This document shows, piece by piece, positions 49,586 to 59,549 of a stretch of DNA of 64,000 nucleotides. A program made the position numbers and the translations under genes. Location of the stretch: NCBI GenBank assembly GCA_965218785.1, contig OZ244650.1, positions 1,024,001 through 1,088,000 on the forward strand. The letters are read 5' to 3'. The notes below the pieces were generated by a model. The model saw nothing but the letters and a program-made list of their open reading frames with translations, did no database searches and had not been told where the DNA came from. Positions within the stretch are counted from its first letter, which is position 1. The number at the start of each line of letters is the position of its first letter. This DNA comes from Nitrosopumilus sp. (lineage in GTDB: Archaea; Thermoproteota; Nitrososphaeria; Nitrososphaerales; Nitrosopumilaceae).

Positions 49586-49736
49586 TAGCGCGACGGCCAA
49601 ACCTACCCGAAAACTAACACTATTTACATATATTATTTAATAAACTTTGAGCATGTAGCGTGACGGTCACGCACCTATCTGAAAACTAACAATATTGGCA
49701 CATATTATTTAATAAACTTAGCCTGTAGGTGACGGT
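49586..49736. repeat. About 70-bp imperfect tandem repeat (2 copies plus the start of a third)
   Basis: tagcg.gacgg...accta...gaaaactaaca.tatt..ca.atattatttaataaactt at 49586 and 49656; tag.tgacggt at 49726. Confidence 0.85.
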
Positions 49737-49745
49737 GGGTCTGGT

Positions 49746-49782
49746 GGCAGATTTAGGGCTCTGACCACCAAAATACACCAGA
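49746..49782 (+). repeat. Dispersed intergenic repeat, copy D (degenerate)
   Basis: ggcagattt...ctgaccaccaaaatacaccaga. Confidence 0.55.
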
Positions 49783-49841
49783 ACCTCCATCATCTCCAGT
49801 CAAACATTATCATTATAAATTGGAATCATACAGATACAAGC

Positions 49842-50819
49842 ATGAATACGCTGCAATTTATCCAAGAGTGCCAGGAAAAAGTCTTCTCTGGAAACGGCAT
49901 ATCCTTAAAAGATGCAGAAAAACTATTTGATATTCCAGATGAGAATCTAAAGGATCTGGCAAGATCAGCAGGTGAGATTACACGAGGTTTTAACGGGGAA
50001 CAGGTGGACGTGGAACAGTTAAACAACATCAAGAAAAACGCCTGCAGCGAGGACTGTACATTCTGCGGACAGTCTGCATTCTTTGATACGGGCATTGAGA
50101 CATACCAGCTGCCCACCCCCGAGGAGGTGGTATCAATGGCAAGAAAGGCAAGAGACGAGGGGGCAGGGTCCTACTGCCTGGTTGCAGCATGGAGGGAGCC
50201 GGCACCGGATGATTTTCTCAAGGTCTGCAAGATTATTACCGAGATTAACGACAAGGTCGGAATAAACGTCGAATGCAGTCTGGGTTTTCTAACAAGGGGG
50301 CAGGCAGACAAGCTAAAAGAACTGGGTGTAAAAAGATACAACCACAACCTGGAAACTGCAAAGTCAAAGTTCCCGGAGATCTGCACCACCCACACGTATC
50401 AGGACAGGCTGGATACGCTGGCAGTTGCTCGAAGTGCGGGCCTGGAGCTGTGCACCGGCGGAATCATCGGAATTGGGGAGACGCGAGAACAGAGACTGGA
50501 GATGGCAGCAGAGCTGGCAGTGTTATTCCCAGAAGAGGTGACAATCAACATACTGGTTCCAATCCCCGGCACGCCACTTGAGCTGCAGACCAGACTTTCA
50601 GACTCTGAGATTATCAGAATGTTCTCTGTGATGCGGTTTTTGCTGCCCGAATCAGTCATCAAGATCTCCGGAGGAAGGGAGGTGAACCTGGAGGATTCAG
50701 GGGAAGGACTGCTTCAAAGCGGCGCAAACGGAATAATTACTGCGGGTTATCTTACCATGGGCGGAAACGAATCCAAAAAAGACCTCAAAATGATAGAAAG
50801 AATTGGCCTCAAAACATAA
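49842..50819 (+). CDS. bioB: Biotin synthase
   Basis: CSEDCTFCGQS, YNHNLET, CTGGI.G.GE and PIPGTP. Confidence 0.96.
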   Translation: MNTLQFIQECQEKVFSGNGISLKDAEKLFDIPDENLKDLARSAGEITRGFNGEQVDVEQLNNIKKNACSEDCTFCGQSAFFDTGIETYQLPTPEEVVSMARKARDEGAGSYCLVAAWREPAPDDFLKVCKIITEINDKVGINVECSLGFLTRGQADKLKELGVKRYNHNLETAKSKFPEICTTHTYQDRLDTLAVARSAGLELCTGGIIGIGETREQRLEMAAELAVLFPEEVTINILVPIPGTPLELQTRLSDSEIIRMFSVMRFLLPESVIKISGGREVNLEDSGEGLLQSGANGIITAGYLTMGGNESKKDLKMIERIGLKT

Positions 50820-51933
50820 CCTAAGTTTTATAGATTCGGAGCTGCAGCGCATCCGAAAAGAGCACCTCTACAGGAAGCTGCGGTACGGCAGGACGGCAGG
50901 ATCACACATTACAATAGACGGAAAAAGACTGCTCAACCTGTGCTCAAATGATTATCTCGGGATTAATACAGGTAACATGGGATTCAGACAGATGCAGTCA
51001 AGCTCAAGACTGGTATCAGGAAATGATCCGTCGTACAAAAAATTAGAAGAGGCGTTAGCCAGACACAAATCACAGCAAAACTGTCTGGTGTACCCTACGG
51101 GATACATGGCAAACCTCGGTGCAATATCATCAGTTGCAGGCAAGGGGGACCTGGTTCTCAGTGATGAGTTAAACCATGCAAGTATTATAGAGTCATGCAG
51201 ACTGACAGATGCCAGAATCCTAGTATACAAACACAACGACATGCAAGACCTGCAAAAAAAACTAAAAAACACCGGAAAAAACAAGTTCATCATTACAGAG
51301 GGAATCTTCAGCATGGACGGGGATTTTTCATCCCTAAAACAGATCACCGAGATTTCAGAAAAGGCAGGTGCGATAACCGTCGTTGATGACGCGCACGGTG
51401 ACTTTGTTGCAGGTTGTGACGGAAGAGGCACACCGGACTACTTTGGAGTCGCAAAAAAGATTGATGTATACATCAGCAGCTTAAGCAAGGGACTCGGATC
51501 ATTTGGCGGGTATGTAACGTCCCAAAACAACGTCATTGATTTGTGCATCAACAAATCAAAGTCGTTTATCTACACCTCTGCGCTTCCGTCATTTCTGATT
51601 GATTACTCGCTAAAGAGGTTCAACTCCAAAAGGGAGGTACAAAGAAAAAAGCTGGAGAAAAACACCCGGCAGATATCAGACGGATTAAAACAGATCGGCT
51701 TTGAGACAGGCTCACAAACACACATCATACCGATAATTGTAGGCAGTGAAAAGACTGCCATAAATTTTGGGAGGTTCCTCTTTGAGAATCAGATATTTGC
51801 ACAGCCAATAAGATACCCCACGGTCCCAAGAAACCAGGCAAGGCTGAGGATCTCAGTTACTGCATGGCTCTCAGATAAGGAGATTGACAGATCGCTTGGA
51901 ATCTTTGAAAAGGCATACGCAAAATTTGGATGA
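50803..51933 (+). CDS. bioF: 8-amino-7-oxononanoate synthase
   Basis: SNDYLG, SRLVSG, GYMANLG, NHASI, FSMDGD, DDAH and IRYPTVP. Confidence 0.93.
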   Translation: MASKHNLSFIDSELQRIRKEHLYRKLRYGRTAGSHITIDGKRLLNLCSNDYLGINTGNMGFRQMQSSSRLVSGNDPSYKKLEEALARHKSQQNCLVYPTGYMANLGAISSVAGKGDLVLSDELNHASIIESCRLTDARILVYKHNDMQDLQKKLKNTGKNKFIITEGIFSMDGDFSSLKQITEISEKAGAITVVDDAHGDFVAGCDGRGTPDYFGVAKKIDVYISSLSKGLGSFGGYVTSQNNVIDLCINKSKSFIYTSALPSFLIDYSLKRFNSKREVQRKKLEKNTRQISDGLKQIGFETGSQTHIIPIIVGSEKTAINFGRFLFENQIFAQPIRYPTVPRNQARLRISVTAWLSDKEIDRSLGIFEKAYAKFG

Positions 51934-52053
51934 TTAGCGCGTCATATCAAAGCCGCCAAGTGCGGGGGAGCCTATAACCACTGCAAGTACGACTATAATC
52001 CCTAGGGTGACACCAACCATGACAAAACGCATGTTCATGCCAAAAATGACCAT
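51934..52053 (-). CDS. 39-aa single-TM protein
   Basis: MVIFGMNMRFVMVGVTLGIIVVLAVVIGSPALGGFDMTR. Confidence 0.55.
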   Translation of the reverse strand: MVIFGMNMRFVMVGVTLGIIVVLAVVIGSPALGGFDMTR

Positions 52054-52182
52054 ATCCCAGTTAAAAATTGATTGTATGTTGTGTAATATCTAGTCCAAGC
52101 ACGGATTTCCGTAGGCATAGATCCCCCTCATTGGGTAAAGATATGGAAGAATATTTTAAAGGAAAAATTACGGTTTTAATTT

Positions 52183-52917
52183 GTGGCAGAGATAACACTG
52201 GCAATAGCCGTGCTGGCAGGACTGGGCTCATTTGTAGCACCATGCATACTGCCCATGATTCCCGCATTTCTTGCATACATTTCAGGCACGACACTCTCGG
52301 AACTCAACCAAAAGCAGGGATCAAATACGGTTACAATCAACAGGTCAAATATTATCTTAAATTCGGTGTTTTTCGTACTTGGATTCTCCATAGTATTTTC
52401 AACGCTGGGTGTTATCATCAACAGCGTGCTTGGAACGTCTGCCGGGGAACTGATCGGAGGATTCAACCAGGTCGGCGGGGTGATCATCATGGGATTCGGG
52501 GTCTTTTTGCTTCTTTCAACGAAGATCAACAAGCTAAACATGGAAAAGAAATTCTTTCCAAAAAGATCAAAGGCCAGTTATCCAATGTCGTTTGTATTCG
52601 GTCTGGCTTTTGCGGCAGGATGGACTCCATGTGTGGGTCCGATATTAGGTACCATACTGACACTGGCTGCAACCACGCCATCAGTCGCATTCAACCTGCT
52701 TCTTGCATATTCCCTGGGACTTGGGATTCCGTTTATTCTAATTGGCGTGTTTTATTCCAGGGCAACCAAGATTATCCGCGCAATGAGCAGGCACTTGAAA
52801 TACTATAACGTGATCCTCGGTGTATTTATTATAGTCCTGGGGGTTCTGGTATTCATGAATCAGCTTGCATACATTGCAAACTTTCCACTTCTCAACGAGC
52901 TGTTGTTCCTAGGATGA
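52183..52917 (+). CDS. ccdA: CcdA/DsbD-type transmembrane electron carrier
   Basis: SFVAPCILPM.P and WTPCVGPILG. Confidence 0.92.
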   Translation: MAEITLAIAVLAGLGSFVAPCILPMIPAFLAYISGTTLSELNQKQGSNTVTINRSNIILNSVFFVLGFSIVFSTLGVIINSVLGTSAGELIGGFNQVGGVIIMGFGVFLLLSTKINKLNMEKKFFPKRSKASYPMSFVFGLAFAAGWTPCVGPILGTILTLAATTPSVAFNLLLAYSLGLGIPFILIGVFYSRATKIIRAMSRHLKYYNVILGVFIIVLGVLVFMNQLAYIANFPLLNELLFLG

Positions 52918-52927
52918 TGATGATAAC

Positions 52928-54036
52928 ATGAAATCGGATCTTAGAACGGCATTAATCTTGGGAATCGTCATTGTCACGGGACTGGGGGCGATGAGCATCA
53001 TATTCTCATCACTTGACGAGCAGGTTCCAACGACAAATGTAACAAGCAGCGAAAACACGTTGGAGATTGACAAGTCCGGATTCAAGGCGGCACCTGATAT
53101 CGTTGGAATCGCCCATTATCTAAATACCACGCCAGAAGAACTTGAAGAGGCAATTGAAGGTAAAGTCGTACTGTACGACATTTGGACGTACAGCTGCATA
53201 AACTGCATCAGGACGCTCCCGTACATCACGGCATGGGATGAGAAATATTCGGATCAAGGACTGCTAGTTTTAGGTATTCACTCACCGGAATTCGAGTTTG
53301 AAAAAGATCCAGAGAATGTAAAGATGGCAATAGAGAAATATGACATAGAGTATCCCGTCGTCATGGATAACGACATGGAGACGTGGAAGGCCTTTGAAAA
53401 CAGGTACTGGCCAAGAAAATACATTGCAGATCACGAAGGGTACCTCAGATATGACCACATAGGGGAGGGCGCATACAAGGAGACAGAAAAAATCATCCAG
53501 CAGCTGTTAGATGAAAGGTCCAGAACGCTGGAATGCCGATGGCATCAGCCGCACCACTTGTAGATATTGAAGAGTTTGAGCACAGCATGTTTAGGAGCAC
53601 CCCCGAGCTGTACTTTGGGTATCACTTTGCACAGGGCAGAAACCAGCTTGGAAACAGCGAGGGATTCCAGCCCAACAAAACAGTGACGTATACAGAGTCC
53701 GAAAGCAGTGATCCAGACAGGTTCTATCTTACAGGTGACTGGCAAAACCAAAAAGACGGCATGGAGCTAGTCTCAGAAACAGGAAGCATAAGACTGCTGT
53801 ACAATGCAAAGGAGGTAAACATTGTGACTGCAAACAGCGGGGAACTAGAGATACTCCTAGATGGACAGCCTCTTGATTCGCCATATTCCGGGAATGACAT
53901 CCCCTCTGGAAACATACTGCGAGTCTCAGAGCCGGATCTGTACAATATAATCAACAGCGAGGAGACTGAGACCCATCTAATCGAGATGAACATATCAGGC
54001 AAGGGCTTTCAGATATTTACATTCACCTTTGGATAG
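52928..54036 (+). CDS. DipZ-like membrane-anchored thioredoxin (frameshift near 53530)
   Basis: WTYSCINC, HSPEF.FE, NRYWP and GEG.Y, then TPELYFG...FTFG in the next frame. Confidence 0.85.
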
Positions 54037-54037
54037 T

Positions 54038-54082
54038 GTAACCATGTCTTGTTGTAACCCCGGTTACGGCTACCGTGGTGAC
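54038..54082. promoter_or_regulatory. Tandem GTAACC-N2-GGTTAC palindromes upstream of cdvB
   Basis: Perfect copy at 54054-54067, degenerate copy at 54069-54082 and half-site at 54038; next to TATA tttaaaa at about 54090. Confidence 0.5.
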
Positions 54083-54131
54083 AGTTCCGTTTAAAACCAA
54101 AATATCCGACCCATAATGAGGAAAATATGCG

Positions 54132-54812
54132 ATGTTAAAGAACTCTTGGAGCAAGACGGGAGGAGACGGAGGAGGAGAGAGCATATCGCAAAAGATTATC
54201 GGCAAGGTAAGACCGGATGAACCATTAAAAAACAAGATTGACCTGGCACAAAAAAAACTCCAGTTTCAGATATCAAAACTTGACGGAGTCAGTGAAAAAC
54301 TGCAAAAAAGTCATGACGGGCTCTTTGAAAAGATTGTAAACGCCCAAAAGAACAACAAGAACATGCACGCCCATGCATATGCAAAGGAGCTAAGCCAGGT
54401 TCGAAAAGTAAAGAACATGATAGGCGGGGCAAAGTTATCAATGGAGCAGATCAAACTCAGGCTAGATACCGTATCAGAACTGGGCGATGTCGTAGTGACA
54501 CTCAGTCCGTGCATGTCAATCATCAAGGGACTTGCACCGTCACTTAACGGACTCATGCCGGATGCAAACGCCTCGATGCAGGACCTCTCACAGATACTCG
54601 GAGATGTAATATCCGGCTCGTCAGTAGAGGTCGGCAGCAGTAATGGTATCAACGTGGGTGCAGAGGCAAGTGCTGATACTCTTGCAATTTTAGAAGAGGC
54701 GCACAGCGTGATTGCAGGGCAGGCAAAATCCGCGATTCCGGAGATTCCAGAGGATCTCAGGCGGCAGAGGTCTCGGGAAAAAATCCGACATTTTGTTGTG
54801 ATTACTGTTTAG
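54132..54812 (+). CDS. cdvB: CdvB/ESCRT-III (Snf7-like) paralog
   Basis: AYAKELSQVRK...EQIKLRLDTVSELGD...P and ILEEA motifs. Confidence 0.8.
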   Translation: MLKNSWSKTGGDGGGESISQKIIGKVRPDEPLKNKIDLAQKKLQFQISKLDGVSEKLQKSHDGLFEKIVNAQKNNKNMHAHAYAKELSQVRKVKNMIGGAKLSMEQIKLRLDTVSELGDVVVTLSPCMSIIKGLAPSLNGLMPDANASMQDLSQILGDVISGSSVEVGSSNGINVGAEASADTLAILEEAHSVIAGQAKSAIPEIPEDLRRQRSREKIRHFVVITV

Positions 54813-54893
54813 AGAAAGATAGGTTCCCGACGGTATAATGACTTGTCATTCTTTAACGGCATTACACCACATCAAAAGTCGTCTGGATACCAG

Positions 54894-55232
54894 TCACTTT
54901 TTACTTTTTTGAACCAGAATCTTTTTGATTCTAGATATTGTGGGATAGCTATAACCGCGGCGCCGGTAGTTGGCAATCATCATCTTCCAGTTTTTCAGCC
55001 TCCACTGTGCCTGCTCGGCAGTGACAGAGTGAACCTCTTTTTGGATGATGCTCTTTCTTCCGACCTTTAGTGTTCCGGCATCCTTTGCAGACCACCTGTT
55101 TTTTGCAAACTTTAGTCCCGTGAGAACCTCCTTGACTGGCATTGCCATAAAGTACTCCCTTAATTTTTTTAATTCGGCATCTGTGGGTTTTTTGGAGACG
55201 GGCAGTTCCACGGTGGTAGCATGCTTTGCCAT
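54894..55232 (-). CDS. Basic hypothetical protein
   Basis: 112-aa ORF. Confidence 0.7.
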   Translation of the reverse strand: MAKHATTVELPVSKKPTDAELKKLREYFMAMPVKEVLTGLKFAKNRWSAKDAGTLKVGRKSIIQKEVHSVTAEQAQWRLKNWKMMIANYRRRGYSYPTISRIKKILVQKSKK

Positions 55233-55314
55233 GTGAAACCTACAAAGTCATGCCTTAAGAGAATCTTGCTGAATCAGAATTAACCAAAGCGGGAATAATT
55301 AGAGATGATCAGCG

Positions 55315-55434
55315 CTAACAGGGCAGTGGGATGTTGGAGTTTTTACACAGTGTCAAATACATTCCAAATCCGATAATCACCGCTGCAAAGGCAGACAACG
55401 GAACCAAAAGGAGCAGATTGGTTTTACGACCCAT
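55315..55434 (-). CDS. 39-aa single-TM protein
   Basis: MGRKTNLLLLVPLSAFAAVIIGFGMYLTLCKNSNIPLPC. Confidence 0.55.
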   Translation of the reverse strand: MGRKTNLLLLVPLSAFAAVIIGFGMYLTLCKNSNIPLPC

Positions 55435-55471
55435 GACCGGGATTACATTCCTGCCTATAAAATTGTCACAG

Positions 55472-55889
55472 TTAATCTACCTGTATGGTAAACGTGCCCC
55501 TGGTGAGTGGATCTTGTAATAGTGAGACCATCTCCCTTGGAAGCATATCAGATGCTGCATCGCAGTTTATGGCCATGGTTTCTAGGACAGATAAAACCGC
55601 TCTTTCGTATGACTATATCCTCCGGATCAGTGAGAGTGAGATCAGGATGTCCATTCCCCCTTACTGTATAGTGGTGTTCACCCACCTGGATTAGGAAGGT
55701 GACTTTGGAGTCGGGATTCCTGATCTTTTCTTTTAACTCCTCAGGCAGACTGGCACACCCCGTGGCGGCATTTACGCCGATTATACAGTCGCCCCGGGGT
55801 GTCAAAGCAGAGTCAGTAGTGATTTCAATTGTTTTTTGATGGTTTGATCTAATGTTTTTATGACCTGAAAACTGAATCTCGAATCTCAC
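55472..55889 (-). CDS. DUF371 family protein (frameshift near 55580)
   Basis: GH.NI...H.KT.EIT, LTPRGDCIIGV and VIRKS.FIC.R, continuing as AINCDAASD.LPR. Confidence 0.8.
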
Positions 55890-56042
55890 GTCATAAGGAA
55901 GACCTGACTTGAATTAAACTTTAGCAAGCCAATACCGCGTTTCAAAATGAATGGCAGGATGACGGTTTTACAAATTATGACAAGGATGATTAAAAGACTG
56001 CAGTGTGCTAGTTTCTTGAGTTTGGGTTAGTTACGAACAAAC

Positions 56043-57218
56043 TCATAAAGAATCCCTGTATTTTAGCCACATGGCAAACATGTTGTCTGTAAATTCATAC
56101 TCTCCGCGTGCAACATTTTTTAATATGGTCTTGGTTTTTAGTTGATTTATGGCGTAATTGGTACTGTTTTCATCAATAAACTCCGCATTTGAAATCTCTT
56201 TTGGCGAACTGTTTGGATTTTTGCCAGTCCTTTTAACACCTTGATCTCAATGGGAGATAAAATCTCAGTAAATTCCTTAAAAGCCTGTTCCCCCCTCTTT
56301 TTGAAGAACTGATGAAATCACCTTTTTTAGTCTGCCTGCATCAACGTTTGTCACATTCAAATACTGTATTTCTTTTCCAACCAGCTGAAGATTGTATGGT
56401 ATTCCACTAGTCATTGTGTATAATTTTGATCTTACCTCGTCATCAAATTTCACATTGGAAAGATAGTGTTTCAAAAACCCGTCGTATTCTTTTTCAGTGA
56501 ATGGTGGAATGTCACGTAAAAGCAGTTGTTTGTAAAAAGGAGCACTGGATTTGGCAACTAGATTATCCAAAGTGTCACGATAAGACCCGGACACGACAAG
56601 TTTTGTTTGCTTGTAATCTTCAAACAAAGTACGTAAAAGATGGACGATACTTTGTCCGATCTTTTGATTCTTTGCACCGTATGTCAAATCAATAACTGAT
56701 GGAAACTCATCTAAAATCAAAACACTTTGTGTTTTTGTCATTTGTGCCAAATCATCAATTAATGAAAATGTCTTATTTATTACATCTTCAACATTGTCTG
56801 ATTCTTTTCTGACATATGAAACTGAGACCTTTAAATCTGAAACGACAGGTACTGAAAGATCTAAATTTTGCAAAAATGTTGCAAGGGCGCCTGCCCCGGT
56901 TTCAAGAAGATGTTCAAATTTAAATTTTTTTGGCAGTTTGTTCTGAAATGCAGAAATGGCAGCACGGTTTAAAATCTTTGAGAACTCTTCTACGGTAGAT
57001 GGTACAACACGCCAAATTGAAATAGGGATTACGACAATCCCCTTTTTTTCAAGTTGGTTCTGTGTTTCTTTTAGGATGCTGGTTTTGCCAATTCGGCGTA
57101 TTCCAGACAAGGAGAATCCGATTTTGTTTTTAGATGCCAGTTCTTTTACCAACTCGCCGATTATTTTGTCCCGCCCAATGAGATCTTTGCCAGATACGGG
57201 ATAAAGTGAAAAGGACAT
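56043..57218 (-). CDS. Archaeal AAA ATPase (ATPase_2-like) with a C-terminal wHTH, frameshifted near 56220-56280
   Basis: LIGR, GIRRIGKTS, ILDEF, VSGS and T.GIPY; tail YEFTDNMFAMWL. Confidence 0.8.
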
Positions 57219-57221
57219 GTG

Positions 57222-57260
57222 AAACTTGTAACCTTTACAACTTTTAAATGTTACAAGTTT
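57222..57260. promoter_or_regulatory. 11-bp inverted repeat enclosing the ATPase TATA box (putative operator)
   Basis: AAACTTGTAAC-N17-GTTACAAGTTT. Confidence 0.6.
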
Positions 57261-57766
57261 GATGTTTATTTCTGAATTTTTACTTTAAAATCGGGCATGT
57301 GTTGGATTTGGTAAAATAGATGATTTTGATGACTAGTTGAAACGGATTCGAGGGTTTTAGGCTCGTACAAATATTCTCAGAATTGGAATTCAGTTGTTAT
57401 TCCCAGTCTCAGATAGATGGCAGCAGCTCAGTATTTGTTAAATATATAACATCATTTTTGATCGCAGTGATAAAACAAAATAATGTCATATTTTTTGAAG
57501 TGTTCTTTGTGCCCGGTGTCATGACAGTACGCAGATCAGCTGAGAATACTCAGGATAAACAGTGCAGGTACATCTAGGGACCTAGTTGAGAGAGCAATGC
57601 AGTCTTGTGGTCTGACAGGAAAACAGCAGGCAGATCAGCAATTACACAATTCTCTTGGTTACCACGATCTTGGCATCATCTGCCAAACTGTTGGCAGTAC
57701 CATTCCAAGATGTGTAAACAGGAATAAAACCAATGCTTAAATTAAACTTTCAGGGCAACAGATCAA

Positions 57767-58504
57767 ATGCTTCCTGCACAACAAGGTTATGACAGAGCAA
57801 TTACCGTTTTTTCGCCTGACGGCCGGCTATACCAGGTGGAATACGCCATCGAGACGGTGCGTAGAGGCACGATCGCAGTAGGCATAAAATGCAAGGATGG
57901 AATAATCATCGCAGTCGAGGAAAAGCCAAGAAAACTGCAGATCTCCACGACTGCACAAAAAATTTTTCAGATTGACGATCACGTGGGCGTTGCAGCGGCA
58001 GGATACATTCCGGATGCAAGAAGCCAGGTGGATAATGCCAGGTTCTTTTCTCAGAGTAACAAGATGATTTATGATGAAGCAGTGGAAGTTGAAACGATTG
58101 CAAAGCATCTGGCAGATCAATGCCAGCAGTTCACACAGTATGCGGGAGTCAGGCCGTTTGGAGTGGCACTCATTCTAGGCGGTGTTGTAAACAAGATACC
58201 ACAGCTATACCTGACTGATCCCAGCGGAACATACATCTCTTATGACGCAATCGCAATCGGCGCCGGCTCTGATCAGGTGACTGACTTTTTGGAAAAGACA
58301 TACAAAAATGATCTTTCACTAGATGACGCATCGGTACTGGCATCTGCGGGAATTTATCTCTCAAGCGAGGAGAAAGAGGCGACAAGCCACATCAGGATGG
58401 CACAAATCAAGATAGATAACGGCACGTATGAACTGATTTCAAACGAGCAGATTGCAAAGTATGCCGATACTGCCAGGGAAAAATACCCACACGAGCAGAA
58501 ATAA
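57767..58504 (+). CDS. psmA: Proteasome subunit alpha
   Basis: YDRAITVFSPDGRLYQVEYA, RPFGV and DPSG. Confidence 0.97.
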   Translation: MLPAQQGYDRAITVFSPDGRLYQVEYAIETVRRGTIAVGIKCKDGIIIAVEEKPRKLQISTTAQKIFQIDDHVGVAAAGYIPDARSQVDNARFFSQSNKMIYDEAVEVETIAKHLADQCQQFTQYAGVRPFGVALILGGVVNKIPQLYLTDPSGTYISYDAIAIGAGSDQVTDFLEKTYKNDLSLDDASVLASAGIYLSSEEKEATSHIRMAQIKIDNGTYELISNEQIAKYADTAREKYPHEQK

Positions 58505-58536
58505 TTGTTTTTAACTGCCTGCGAGATTGAATTGCG

Positions 58537-59352
58537 TTGAATCTCTCAGTTGCCATTCCCGAATCATCCCTGATAGACGAGTCCCTCAAGATAGACAAGA
58601 CCCGAAAGATATCCGTTCTGGCAAGGGCCTGTGCAATATTCAAGACAGACACCATCTACGTGTACCAGGACGGGGAGAACAAACAGGACGGCAGCCTGAT
58701 CGTTATGATTTTAAGATACCTGGAGACGCCGCAGTTCCTGAGAAGAAGACTGTTTCCCAAAATGAACGACCTGAAATTTGCAGGAGTGCTTCACCCGCTG
58801 AAGATTCCAAGCCACGTCACCCCTGCAAACTCGAAGAAGATCAACCGGGGCGATGTCAGGGAAGGAATCGTAGTCAGCATAAAGGGAAAAAGGTTTGTTG
58901 ATGCGGGAATAAACCAGCTGGTGCCGTTCTTTGGCAAGACTGCAATCGGAAAAAGAGTCACAGTCCAGTTCAAGGAGGGATACCCGAAATTCTCAGTAAA
59001 GGAGATAAACAGAAACGAGACGCCGCTATACTGGGGATACACGGTAAAAGAGAGGGCAAGCCTGTTCTCGCTGCTAAGCGAGTGGAAGGGCAACGCCATC
59101 ATCACATCAAGAAAGGGAAGAACTGCAACAAAGGAACAGATTGCAAAGTACGCAAACTCGGATCAGCCAACGCTGGTAGTCTTTGGCTCCCCCGAGAAGG
59201 GAATTCATGAAATTCTCGGAGGAAAGCTAAAAAACATACAAAATGCAAAATCACTGAACTTTTTTCCAAACCAGGCCACACAGACCGTACGTCTGGAGGA
59301 GGCGTTACTTGGAACGCTATCCATACTAAACGCCCAGGGCACGTCGTCGTAA
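58537..59352 (+). CDS. SPOUT RNA methyltransferase (DUF171/SPOUT1-like)
   Basis: YLETPQFLR, YWGY.V and PNQ.T.TVRLEEA. Confidence 0.88.
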   Translation: MNLSVAIPESSLIDESLKIDKTRKISVLARACAIFKTDTIYVYQDGENKQDGSLIVMILRYLETPQFLRRRLFPKMNDLKFAGVLHPLKIPSHVTPANSKKINRGDVREGIVVSIKGKRFVDAGINQLVPFFGKTAIGKRVTVQFKEGYPKFSVKEINRNETPLYWGYTVKERASLFSLLSEWKGNAIITSRKGRTATKEQIAKYANSDQPTLVVFGSPEKGIHEILGGKLKNIQNAKSLNFFPNQATQTVRLEEALLGTLSILNAQGTSS

Positions 59353-59453
59353 TGTCCGAAAGAAAGAATTTTTTGCTGCTTGCCATCGGTATGGGAATCG
59401 CCGGAATCATAATTGGCGGAGTCACAATCTGGAATATCATATCAGATATCTAA
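59352..59453 (+). CDS. 33-aa single-TM protein
   Basis: MSERKNFLLLAIGMGIAGIIIGGVTIWNIISDI; start overlaps the upstream stop. Confidence 0.55.
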   Translation: MSERKNFLLLAIGMGIAGIIIGGVTIWNIISDI

Positions 59454-59549
59454 TCAGATAATCAGCCATTTTGGTTAACCTGCATTTTTGATCTGGTTAA
59501 CGATATCACACATGGTTTAATAGAGGGACACCGATGATGCGTCTTAACA

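Noticed and set aside
49586-49736. Mini CRISPR array
   Set aside because: Whole units are similar, with no unique spacers, and no cas genes are present.
52068-52808. 246-aa ORF overlapping ccdA
   Set aside because: It is an alternative frame with no motifs, whereas the ccdA frame has both conserved PC motifs.
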